Assembly: GCF_964204645.1 (NCBI RefSeq)
Contig: NC_134030.1
Coordinates: forward strand, 18,622,210-18,686,209
Direction: 5' to 3'
Length of the DNA: 64,000 nt
Source of the DNA: Tubulanus polymorphus
Lineage: Eukaryota > Animalia > Nemertea
Part shown: positions 37,601 through 50,600 of the stretch, one piece after another
Numbering within the stretch: position 1 is the first letter of the stretch
Layout of the letters: each line of letters begins with the position of its first letter
Program-made: the position numbers and the translations under genes
The notes under the pieces: generated by a model
Databases searched by the model: none
Seen by the model: only the letters and a program-made list of their open reading frames with translations
What the model was told of the DNA's origin: nothing

Positions 37601-40600
37601 TTCTCTTTTTAGCCTGAAACCAGTTTTTACACGTGGAATGACGGCAAACCGTTGAGTTACACAGAGTGGTATAAACCAATAAATAACGACACGATACCGG
37701 ACGTACTTCAAGGGTTGATATCTTATGAAAGAAAACAACCGACAAATGACGTGAATATGCCGTGTACAGCGATGATACTGAATAATCCACGAGGATCAGC
37801 GAACTGGGTTCGATTCCCGTGTCAAATAGAAGAGGTTCACGTGCGATTCTTTTGTGAATCAGAAAGAAATGATATCAATAAAAGTATGGCTGGGATAGAA
37901 AATGATTCAAAACATAATATGATATCCCAAATTAAACAAGGTATTTTGAATAACAATACGCTGAATACAATGTGTGCAATAGGTTGGTTAGGTATAGATG
38001 GACAATGTTATCAGGTACTGACACGTTGGGAAAATAAGGAAACTTTTGACGTGGTTAGTGCAAGAGAAATGTGCCGTGAGGTACGCGGGGAAATAGGTAT
38101 AATACAGGACTTGACGCAAGCCAAGGAGATGATTTTCAGATTTCGTTATCAGCATCAATATGGCGCTATATTAACTTTGGATTCTAGCAAGCAGTGGATG
38201 ATAATGAAGCCATTTGTTACCAGGGATGAAATTACTTACGATCAGTCGGTTAATTGGGTAATGATACCCTGGGAAAATGCAAAAGACAAAATCCATTCTG
38301 TTTTGTGTTCCTATAATGTAACTGATGAAGAGTTGGCTTCTTTAAGTGGTTGTAAATCGTGGCAGTTTAAATGTAACGATCAAAGATGTATCAGCGACCA
38401 TCGCGTATGTGATACCAGACACGACTGTCGACACGGCGAAGATGAACTCAGTTGTACGGATATAAATTCATACAGTCAGTTTCAATGCTTTGATGGTGAG
38501 ATTGTTTCAATAAGTGGTTACTGTGATTTCATACAGGATTGTGTGGATGGTTCTGATGAGAATTCGTGTTTTCATCCCCCGTGTTTGTCCGAGGAATTTC
38601 GTTGCATCAGTGGTCAATGTGTCAGTGGGTCGAACAGATGTGACGGAGTAGCTAATTGTAAAGACAACTCCGATGAAATTGAATGCACCTCTCAACTATG
38701 TCAGGGGTTCCTATGTATCAGTGGGGACTGTATCAGTTCTCAGTTGTATCAGGATGGAGTCGTGGATTGCACTGGAACTCTCGAGGAAGATGAATTAGTT
38801 ACGAATCCTTATATTACAGTGAATCCTACGATATATTGCAATATTGAACACCACTGTACGACTAACTTCACAAATCTCTGTACAGAATCTAATGAACAAA
38901 GATGTTCTTTCGATTCTCCTCATTGCTATTCTAGACGTCACAGGTGTATTCTAGAACGAATGACAAATGGTTTCCCAGTTTGTAGAAACCTTGAGCACGT
39001 ATTGAAATGTGAAGAATTTGTATGCCCAGTTGGTACAGTGAAATGTCCAGCATCGTACTGTATACCTATCAGACAGGTGTGCGATGGTCGGTCAGATTGT
39101 CCTAATTCAGAAGACGAGCGAAACTGCGAGACTTTGTCATGTCCGGGAATGTTTAAATGTAGCCAGGAAAAGCGATGTATTCCACAGACTGAAGTTTGTG
39201 ATGGTGTTGTGAATTGTAAACATACAACTGATGACGAGGCTTTCTGTAACGTCACGTGTCCTAAAGGTTGTGAATGTCAAGGGCATTCGATCAAATGCAA
39301 CAATTCTCGGCTAACATATGTAAATGGAATTTTCCAAGCATCAACGCGAATTTTAATTTTGTCAAATAACCAAATTGTCTTGGACGTCTTTACATTTTCC
39401 CAATACGTTTATCTCCACATGCTCAACCTCACCGCCAATGAATTGTCTTACCTTTTACCAAACTCGTTCAAGAACCTGCATAACTTACATACATTAGACC
39501 TCACACACAATAACATAACATCATTATCCACAAATACATTTACTGGTCTGTATAGTTTGAAAGAGTTATTCATAACTGAAAACCCACTACGTCGTTTAGA
39601 GGATGACACCTTCCAAGATTTAAAGTCACTTCAGGTTCTTGATCTTCATGGACTTTCCTTGTTCGTGCTTGACAAATTCGTATTTAGAGGTCTATCTTCT
39701 TTACGATCGTTGAATATCAGTGGTAACAGAATACGTCGTATTTCACTATACACATTTTTTGGATTAACTACACTTGAGACCCTCGATATAACCGATAATT
39801 ACAAAGTCATTTCTGTAGATAGACAAGTTTTTGACAATGTAACGACATTAGCATTTCTAACGTCTGATGCTTATAAATTTTGCTGCATGGCTCCGAATGT
39901 TGACCAGTGCCTTCCCGAAGCTGATCAATTTTCCTCCTGTTCAGATCTTATTGGGAATACAGCTCTCAGAGCTATCATCTGGGTCATCGCTTCATGTAGT
40001 TTCTTTGCTAACGGATTTGTCATTTCCCTTCGCATTCGAGCGATTCGATTCTCCTCCTCAAATCCATCCTCAGACATCATCATTATAAACGTTGCTTTAT
40101 GTGATTTTATGATGTCTATATATTTGTTTCTGATCGCTGGATCCGATTACATATATAAGGGAATCTACTTTCTCCATTCAGAATCGTGGACGGACAGTGC
40201 GCTGTGTCGTCTTGCCGGGGTCGTGGTATCTATTTCGTGTGAAGGCTCATTGACATTCTTGCTCATAATGACGCGTCATAGATATTCAAATATCGTTAAT
40301 CCTTTTTCTGTGAGCCTGATTACATCTCCGAGATATGTGTCCATTATTTGCTGTATATGTTGGGTTGTCCTGGGCATTATTGCATTACTACCTCTTACAC
40401 CTGTCCCGTACTTCGGAAGCAATTTCTACGGCGCTACAGGGGTTTGTTTACCTATGAATTTGATTTCCATTGATGTCGATGCCTGGCATTATTCGTTCAT
40501 TATTTTTTCTCTGTCTACGTCAGTCATACTTGCTACGATAATGGTGACTTACGCGCAAATGTACAGGCTTGTATCTGGAAGCAGGTCTGGTTCAGGAAGA

Positions 40601-40861
40601 GCTGATCCTACCGAACTGATTTTGGCCCGCAGAAGTTTGGTGATAAATCTTTGTAATGTAATTTGCTGGTTACCGTTAATTATCGTTCAGTTTTGCGCGG
40701 TATTTCGGGTGGAAATACCGAATCAGGTAGCGGCTTGGCTTGGGGTTCTTTTCTTACCAATCAACTCGTCCCTTAATCCCTTTTTATATACAATACTGAC
40801 TATTGATATGAAGTCCATACGAGCAAAAGCTATGCGCCAAATGAATTGGGTGAACAAATGA
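34680..40861 (+). CDS. GRL101: GRL101-like (LGR type C) GPCR with CUB, C-type lectin, ~7 LDLa, LRR and 7TM domains; 3 exons, ~1923 aa
   Basis: Exons 34680-35882, 36099-37418, 37613-40861 (phase-0 GT-AG). Signal peptide MDRLRALFLASLIVWRVNIAHA. CUB motifs (SGYIVSPNYP, FCG, QSPNYPG), C-lectin (NWENAELYC..GHLLSINS..IGL..WNDG), LDLa Cys repeats, LRRNT CPKGCEC, LRRs, hinge FCC..DQFSSCSDL, 7TM with CWLP and NPFLY. Confidence 0.93.
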
Positions 40862-40948
40862 AACATCTAGATTCCTTTTGCATAAGAATGCTACATTTTT
40901 CTTTACATTCAACACAATTCTAGTTCTTGTAGTAGTCATACGCATGGT

Positions 40949-40981
40949 TATATATAGTGTTAGTTATGACTAAAAAGAACG

Positions 40982-41051
<70 letters not shown>

Positions 41052-41084
41052 CGTTCTTTTTAGTCATAACTAACACTATATATA
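40949..41084. repeat. 136-bp perfect palindrome centred on (TA)n
   Basis: tatatatagtgttagttatgactaaaaagaacggg-(TA)n-cccgttctttttagtcataactaacactatatata. Confidence 0.95.
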
Positions 41085-44000
41085 CCCTTTCTTTTATATA
41101 TATATACTAGTCACGGATGAGATATATAGATTAACGGGTCACAGGCCCCGGATCGGTGGTACACTCCTGAAGTTTGTAGATAGATAACTACCAATAAACC
41201 ATTTTACAGTCGCTAGCCGCCATTTTGTTAGGGTACTTTTGTCCGGTAATGTTGGGTAGTTTCTCTTTTTTTTAAATCCAATTGTGATGCGTGTTTTATC
41301 ATATTTCATCGGTTTGTAGATGGATTTTGACAGTGTTAGTAGGGCCTGGCTAGTATTTCAGCTATGTAAAATTCATTTGCAACATGAGATTGATATAGAA
41401 ATCCGTGGCCAGTTTTTGCTGCGCGCATAGAAATTCAGGGTACTCAACTTTAAAGCTAGTTTTTTTTTTAAATAAATTTCCTTAAATTCTAGGAACTGTG
41501 CGCATTAACACAATTCAAGTGGAATTCATAGATATCTTGCCCAGTTTTCGTTGTTCTATGATTATTTAACTGCAGCGCGTCTATTGACATTCCGAGTTTC
41601 TGCGCTGTTTCAACTTTGTGTATTTTAGAATAAGGTGTTACTTGTTCTCATTTTCTGCAGTACCCGCAGATTGCAGCCAGCAAAATGACCCTTTACAATA
41701 ACGGATATCCCAAGGTCACTTCGACTTAGTCTCAAATTTTATGTGATAATCAAGCTAGTTTAGGCCTACCAGGGGTGCAATCATGTCGTCCACCAATCCG
41801 TCTACGAGAGAGGAGCGTATCGATCTGATTGTCAGCGTTAAATAAAAACGAACAGAGATTCGACTAATTAGATGTTAAATGGTGTTTTTATTGGATGTCA
41901 TCTCGATGATAATAGCAGAGAAACTGACAATTGCTTTCAAGCAATTTAACACTCAATACTCGTCCCACGGACATTTTTCATGACAGGTACTTGGACAGTT
42001 TGCTTGGCAGGCATCCTTTTGTGCGGCGGGTGTTCGACATTTTACCCAGCAATTGTTGAGACAGATTTGACAATAATCAGGCTGCGCTGAATCAGCGCCA
42101 CTAGCGACCATTGCGACCAGAGCTAAAACTACCAGAAACTGAAAAAGAGTATATTGTTACCAGAGCTGTACTTCCGCGGCTTATCAATGATGATTCCACA
42201 GTGGCTGCTCGCTCGAGAGTTCCACGCGTGCCAAGGGCTGACCCACAAGGTAAAATATTGTGCAGTAGGACATAAACCACTTTGGCAATAGAGGATTCTA
42301 CTTGTGGCAAGTAGGGTCCACCAGGTGTCACTAGTGTGCAACTACTGTGGCGATAGTTCAAGATCCCACAGTGAAAAAGAAATCGATGAAAATAAAACAA
42401 CAAAAGAATATAGCTGCAAAGCGACGATAACGGGTTTTCTGCCAAAATAAATGTTTTTGTCGGGGATTCGAGCCAAATATGATGACTATATTATATCGCG
42501 ATGTAAGCCTTAAAATCACCTTCGATATCACAGGATTAGAACGTTCACTATACGCGACACAATTCTATTTGTAGCGAATTCAAGTCATAGACGGCGATGT
42601 CTTATTTTTACAAGTGGAAGCAAAATCTGAACCCGATAAGATGAATGGCACTGTTTGACAAAAAAATATAACGAACAAATATTTGGTGTCCGAAAATCTA
42701 ATTAATTGCTGAATCTCGGAACCAAACTTTATCAATTCGGGCTTACAAATTTCTAGAAATATCAAATGAGTAGGTAATGCGGTTTATGTGTTATAAGTAT
42801 TATCAATTGTTCTTGTAATTGCCAAAGAGTTCGGTGGCCCTAATAAATCTATAATTAACATCAGTACACATGATGAAATACGTAAAAGACATAATAATCA
42901 AAATATCAAAACAGGACGTGTTTAGTGCTTCATAAAAATGACGACAATTTACAAATTGACTTACTAATTCACAGAAATGGTTTGAAAGAAAAGTTTGCAA
43001 ATCAACTTCCGGTCAGTTTTTTTTTTGTAAGGTAACAACACCAATATACTTTTAACGAAAACAGTGTGGAAAAAGGTAAGTAGACTGACGATGGAGAATG
43101 TGAAGAGAGTTTTCTGCGAAAGTCCATAAAATCCTAATTACCTTTGATGACAACATGTTTTGCCGATATTGTAGATCTCAGATCCCTCGCGTTCGTGGAG
43201 TCAATGCGATGTGTTTTACTGCATGTGCGTAACGCAAAGACACGGGTGGAAAATAGCCGTTTTAATAATGGAGATTCGTTATTTGCTAAAACTGTTGAAA
43301 TTGTGAAGATGATTCCCGACCACTCAGACGCACTCGGTATCGTCAATGTCAAATAATATATATCGTATTACATTGAAATCAGCAGCTGTGAAACGTACGT
43401 CCCTGAGCAGAAACTACCCCGTTGTCCTTGAGATGCTTATTCTGACGATTCCGCATAGTCTTCATCCATCCGTCCTCTGAAATGACACCATTCTTGAATC
43501 GTTGAATTCACCAAGAACGAGATGGTCATCATTAGCTGCTAATTATAATTTTACTGAATCGTTGATAGTCATCGAGAATGAAAGGGTTGTCATTTGGTAA
43601 ATAATCATGATTTTGGTGAATCTTAAGAATCATGTAGAGTGAGAAGGGCACAAATAACTGGTTATAATTTAACTGGAATTTACTTATTTCTATATAGTAC
43701 GTATGTGAAACATCTGCTACTCAATTATCATGAATTCTGCGTCGATGTATAGAACATGTTACTTGATATAAATATTCGATTTTAAAAAAGCAGCTGGTCA
43801 TGTAAGTACAGCAATTATGATTGGAATTGATTCAGATGTACTTCGCATTATTCCAATACCGTCAAGTTCACTTAAATTACTCTAATCAATATCCTGTTGG
43901 ATGATTATTATTCGAATCGATTACTATGTTATTGAAACCCTTATCCCAACACGCACCGAATTAAATGAATTACGCATAGACTTTCGGTAGATTTTAGTAC

Positions 44001-45240
44001 TACCAAACTTCGATGATTGATGTATTGACCTCCTTATACTGTCCTATCCTGGTCGCGACAATGGTGTACACATTGTACAGCTATGTAGGCGGGTTTGTAT
44101 CTTTATAAAAAAAGACTGATGTTTTTTTTCCGATGCGGACAGTCGCAAAGACGGACGGATCAACGGACTGACCAACAGACGCGGGCAAAAGTTAAGGTAC
44201 CAAGTTCCCCGCTAAGTCCCCGGGACAAAGATATTGTTGCGGTAAACTTGCAGTATTGTTATAATTCTACGTTAATTCTACGTCTGCGATTCTTTGCATA
44301 ATGAATTGAAGCTCAGTCGATTACGTCGCATCGAGTGGACATTCTATACTTAACAACCGCTGAAAAACGGTTGAAGAAATCCTCTGAATTGTCGAGAAAT
44401 TACACACAAAAGTAGGTGTAACTCTGTTTTGAAACACTCTGCATATACGCGTAATGCATCAGCAAAAAATTATATTCAGGAGCGACTTGAACGAAACAAA
44501 TAATTTTGAGTATTTTAAAGTATGATTGGGCATATCGAAATAACCACGCGTGGAAACATGAAATTGAGAATTGCTGCTCAGAGAGATGGTACCGTAATTA
44601 CTAATATATTGATGTGTATGTCGGAGAACGAATACTAATGACAGAACGGGGGAAAAATATCACACGCGTTCGACAAAAATCAGCGGTTGAAAATAATTGC
44701 TGGATTTCTAAATTGCTGAGTGAAGCAAATAAATAATTTCACTAGAAAGAAATATACAATTGTTCATCATTTATGAGTGGAACCTGACGATATGTGGGCA
44801 ACCAAGCAGAATTTGAATAGTGAAGGAATTCCTTCATTCTGACGTGACGAAGTTACTCTGTATGGATCGATTGGGAGCGCTGTTTCTGGCGTCGCTGATC
44901 GTCTGGCGCGTAAATATCGCACACGCTGATCTGTCTGACTCTGTTACGATCAGTTCGTCTTGTAACAACACTTGGTACCCCGTCGATTCTACGTCCGGTT
45001 ACATCGTTTCACCGAATTACCCGTCGTTAACGCGCGGTGTTGAATGTTGTTGGTTCGTGGACAGCTCTTTACCGGGAACTTTCAATATCAAACTATACTA
45101 CGACATCGAACCGTCTATATTCTGTAGTGATAACTACCTTCTCGTCGGTGAGTCCGATAACAGATTCTGCGGTGAAGGAAAACATGAAATCCGTCGAAAC
45201 GATTCGATGTCGTTGATGTTTAGGAGTAACGTCGATGGTG

Positions 45241-46405
45241 CGGTGTTGTCATATCGCGGAAAGACGGAATCGCGGAATTTTCCAAAAACGCGGAATTTCT
45301 TCATTTTTACTATAAATAGTAAACGGGTTTTCCCACGGGGATACCCACTGTCGGACAGGGCACCGGACCCAGGTTTTCAACACCGGGAATTAGTATTTGA
45401 TAATTCATTATATCGCCAGTCAACAACTTAACGATACTGTTACAAATAATGGAGAACCTAGGCAATACCATAGAATGACAATACGTGCTTTGCGAATTCA
45501 GTGATACAGAGTATCGCTGCATTAACTGAAGGAATACAAATCGATGGTACGTAAACGTAGGATTTGTGATGACACCATGGGTCATTCTCCAGGACTCAGT
45601 TCCGAGTTAAGATTTGACTCTGGTCTCTGGATTTAAAACATTGGAAATGAATTGATTCTAAGTAACTCAGAGTTAACTCACAAAACTGTGGAACTGGATC
45701 GATGTCAGACGAAAATAAATAGACATTATGTATATTTCATTCTGGCTTAGGATTGTTCATGCGTGTTGTGTGTCTACATTGTTGTTAAAAGCGAATGTGG
45801 TTTATCATTTAGAATTAAATGATATGAAAGATTATAAAATGGTTTCGTTTTTTTTAAATGTTTACTTTGTGACTGCTATAACATATGTTCCTATGCTGAT
45901 TATTTGGATCAAAAGAATCTTATTGATAGCGGTACTGGACGGCCGTAAAATTATAATAATTTCAAAGGAATTTGAACCGGAACTTGTTTGGTCGTAGGAT
46001 TTTATGTTTGCAACCATCTACAACTACGGTCCGACACCGCGAACATGCTCAATATTTATCTGATAATATTCGTTTCTGAAGTTCTCAAAAAGTCGATGAA
46101 CTTCGATAACTGAAGTTTGCCTAGTAAAAATAGACATTAGGTGCCTGGTCTCTTTCACCCCACTTGATTCTGACTTCTTCTACAGGTGGCAGCCAGTCAA
46201 CGGTATCGTAATATAATAATTCCATATAAAATTGCCTGCAAATAATGGGATTCGAACCTAACTCGTTGCATCGATCGGTCCGGTGCCCTGTCCGACAGTG
46301 GGTATCCCCGTGGGAAAACCCGTTTACTATTTATAGTAAAAATGAAGAAATTCCGCGTTTTTGGAAAATTCCGCGATTCCGTCTTTCCGCGATATGACAA
46401 CACCG
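45241..46405. mobile_element. Non-autonomous Mutator-like element inserted in exon 1 of the receptor pseudogene
   Basis: Perfect ~129-bp TIRs (45241-45369 / 46277-46405). 9-bp TSD tcgatggtg (11 bp under the alternative boundary). Empty site present in the paralogs at ~35053 and ~60719. Confidence 0.93.
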
Positions 46406-47379
46406 TCGATGGTGCGCGGGGTAGTCGGGTTTATATCACGTATCGTTATGAAAGAAGCCGATTGAGAATCAGTCATCGCTGCAGTGAATCTAATTTTCAA
46501 ATGGATGAAATGAAAATGTCGACAGGATACAAATTCACGATGTTGATGCGTGATGGTTGTCAGATCTTCCTGGAATGGGACGCCCTCTCGGCTGGTTCAG
46601 CGTTGAATTTGACATTCGCAGATTTTGACCTAAAACTCCCACCTTCTGTCGATCCAGCGTCAAGTTTTCGAATCAACGACGGCTGGAACACCAGCAGTGA
46701 ACCGATAGCGCTTATGGGTGAACAACGCGGACAGCAGCCGTCATCGTTTTATACTAAAACAAACAGTGCCGTATTCAGTTTGCTACATGGGCATGAGGTT
46801 ACCACAACACTATCAGTTCAGATCTATAGAATATCTGATTGGAACGTCTCTAATCCGTTAATTCAAATCTCTAATAACGAGTCTAGAGTGCTCATTGCTG
46901 ATGATAACAGTTTACACGTAATAACTCGATCAAAACACTTACACTGCTGGCCTATCACAGTGCAGGTGTTACAGTACGTCGTCTTCAACTGGACACGTGA
47001 TCTCAGCACATCCGGTGACGTCATTGGTGTATATAAACTAGAAGGCTTACGCGTTGTAGGAACTGATATTTTACTCGGTTACAACTACCTCGAATCACTG
47101 AGTGTTAATTCTGACGGCTTTCTCGTCATACTGTGCGTTTTAATAAGACCAGGTGTTTTACAGTCGAATGTTAAAATTGAATTTGAAGTGAAATCTATCT
47201 CTATAGGAGACGTACAAGTCTACAAACCCAAGGTGAGTAAAGATGTCCACTCGGCTATAGCTAAATTTAATGTAACTTATTTTGTGAACCAAAGAATATG
47301 CATCGTCAAACCCCTTTTCTTTTTCTAATTGCGATAACGAATTTGATTTCAAATTCAATTTCAAAACACGGTGCCCTCG

Positions 47380-47670
47380 CGGTGCGACTGATCGAAAAAA
47401 GTATCTAAAAACTTTAATCAGCCGTTCATTATTCATTCATTTATCCTTCCCTTCCGAACGGATGAAATGCCGTATGAAATATGGTATGAAATGACGTATG
47501 AATATGAAATAATGTCTAGTGAAATGAGCGTTTGTCAGAGATGACGTCAAAAACACGTGCGCACCTGCTGACATAAACAATAACGTTCTGAAATTACCCA
47601 TTTAGAAATCACATTTCTCTGTAATGGCTAAAATTAAATTCGAACCAGTAGCATATTTGATATTTGTTTT
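47380..47670 (-). mobile_element. Fragment related to the TTAA element at 57791-58425
   Basis: Its reverse complement resembles 57860-58030 (aatatgctactg..tttagcc..tgacgtcatct). Confidence 0.55.
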
Positions 47671-50600
47671 AATATATCACATTTGACAAAAGAAATTTTA
47701 CGTAATATTTCGATGTTTCTTCTATTTACAGCGGCACCGCTGAAAGATATTTATGAATTCTCATAGAAACTAAATTCATTGATATTGTAGGTAAAGCGTG
47801 ATCGGTTTATATCATCAAACCCCTTTCCTTTTTCTAAGATGAGGTTTAAGTATGGTGTATTCAAGTATGAATTCGAATGGAAAGTTGAAATCTATGACAT
47901 CGATCTGAAATTAGCGGTGCTGTCTGTGAATTGCGAAAATGCTGGATTTTATATATATGATGGTGGTAATTTCACAGCTAGACGCTATGGTCCGTATTGC
48001 CCCAGCCTATCGGGATATAGACGAAGCGTCGTCAGTCTGATTACATCAGGCGGCCCGGTGATCATGGTGGGCTATTCCATTAACAGTCAAATCCGGCACA
48101 AGGGCGGTGTGGTATTACGTCCGTCTGACTGTGACGGCTACGCGCTACGGGATAGGAGAATACAGCGTTTCAGTGCCGCTGACGTCACGCTGTTTCACGG
48201 TTTCACCCGAAAATCGGGACGTTCCATTACATCATAGTATCAACATATTATCACCGCACGAATATGAAATGAACTCGTCTTTGCCTGATTTTATCTCGAC
48301 ATCTACGCCGTGTAGTCGTTATTTGTCTATCGATAGGCAGCGCCTCGATAACAGTCTCGTACTGCACACTGTTACAGTAAATGATACGCGCTTGTTCAGA
48401 AGACGCCCGTACATCATTGAATTGAGGCGTGTATGTCAAACAACGGATAGACGTAACAGACTGCGGAATGGAATAAAGGCGACTGCGGAATCTTTCAGTC
48501 GCCGAACTACCCGGCTTCGGTCGGATATTCGAGTAATACGATCAGATACAATCTCAAGTTCAAATGGAATACAGCCCCGATAGAGTTTTACCGATTCGTT
48601 ATAAAATATATGGAAATAACACCGTGCATGAAAAATTCCAAAGGGGTTCGATACTCCATCTTTTACGTCGAGGTAATGAAATACAAAGACAGCGAGACGA
48701 AACACGAAGATAAACTATGCGGGATATGCGCCCGAGCAGGATTACAGTTTTATAGTATAAGTACAGGTCCCCTCTGGTTCGAACTGAAGAACGATATACC
48801 GAAATTCCGTATTCAATACATTTTAGAGAAACAATTATTGATGAAACCGCGCGATATTGCCTGCAAATCAGGACTCATAGATTCAGGAGTTTCCTGCGTC
48901 AAATATATCAGAGACAAACGTCTGAATTGGGAGAACGCTGAATTGTACTGTCAACAGAAATACGGAGGACATCTTTTCAGTATCAACTCGGAACATGAAA
49001 TGATTGCTATTAAAAGATTATTTGCTAGTAAACTTCTTCGAGATGGCTATACACAGAAATCACTTGTAGTGATGATCGGCTTAAAACTGCAGGTAAACTA
49101 TACACGAATTTTCAAACGTCTTCTGTCAACAGAGATGTTTTAAATTTTCAGCATTTATTTCTAGCCTAAACTCGGTTATTACACGTGGACTGACGGGAAA
49201 CCCCTGAGCTACACAGAGTGGTTTAAACCAACGGGAAACGAAACGGTACCAGCAGTTATTCGAGGATTGATATCTTCTCAACGAAAACAACCGATAAATG
49301 ACGTCAATGCGCCGTGTACGGCGATGATACTGAATAATCCACGAGGATCGGCGAACTGGGTTCGATTCCCGTGTCAAATCGAAGACGACCACACGAGTTT
49401 CATGTGTGAATTTGACGGAGTTGATGTTGGAGAAAAACGGGGAAATGCAACTGTCAACAGTAGTGAATATGGACCAATTGAAATGATGTTTTCATATATT
49501 CAGAGAAATAATTCACCGTGTAAACGAGGTTGGCTTGGTTTAGCCGGACAGTGTTATCAGATACTGACAGACTGGACAAACAAACAGGGTTTGGATATCA
49601 GAGGAGCGAGAGAAATGTGTCGTGAAATCCACGGAGAAATAACTCATCACGAATCTGACATCATTAAAAACATAATTGAAACATTGCACTATCGGCACCA
49701 ATATGGCGCTATACTGACCTCTGATGACAGAATTATAAAACCAATAATCACTAGAGATGACATAACTCATACGCAGATAGTTAAATGGATGATAAAACAG
49801 TTCGATAATGTCACAGATGTAGCGCATTCAGTGCTATGTTCCTATAATGTAACTGATGAAGAGTTGGCTTGTATAAGCAGTTGTAAATCGTGGCAATTTA
49901 AATGTAATGATCAAAGATGTATCAGCGATCATCGCGTATGTGATACTAGAAACGACTGTCAACACGGTGAAGATGAACTCGATTGTTCGGGTTCAAACTT
50001 ACACAGTCAGTTCCACTGCTCAGATGGACGAGTTGTATCAATAAGTGGTTTCTGTAATTTCATAAATGATTGTGTTGATGGTTCTGATGAGAACTCGTGT
50101 CGTCATCCTCCGTGTTTTTTCGAGCAATTTCGCTGCAAGAGTGGTCAATGTGTCAGTAAGTATAAAAGATGTGACGGAGTAACTGATTGTAAAGACGGCT
50201 CCGATGAAATTGAATGCACCTCTCAACTGTGCCAGGGGTTTTTGTGCAACAGTGGAGACTGTATCAGTTATCAGTTGTATCAGGATGGTGTCGTGGATTG
50301 CAGTGGAAGTCTTGAAGAAGATGAATTAGTAACAAATGCTAATGTTACGTTGAATCCTACAGTTAACTGTAATGATGGAAACCTATGTACGACTAACTTC
50401 ACAGATCTCTGTACGGATTCCGATGAACAAAGATGTTCTTTCGATTCTCCTCATTGCTATTCTAGACGTCACAGGTGTATTTTGGAGAGAATGACAAATG
50501 GTTACCCAGTTTGTAGAAATCTTCAGCATATATTGAGATGTGAAACATTTGATTGTCCAGCTGGTACTGTAAAATGTTCAGCATCTTACTGTATACCGAT

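Larger units (their letters stand above)
30064..38335. repeat. Segmental duplication, copy 1 (homologous to 53878-64000)
   Basis: Collinear similarity starts at cttaattagctcatc (30064) / cttaattaactcatc (53878) and runs through the orphan gene, Polinton and receptor gene to the window end. Confidence 0.95.

Noticed and set aside
34911-40088. Antisense and alternate-frame ORFs within the receptor genes
   Set aside because: Shadows of the real coding strand.
43100-43700. Decayed minus-strand CUB gene fragment (GSFCSGTY...)
   Set aside because: Only a few suggestive residues among many stops.
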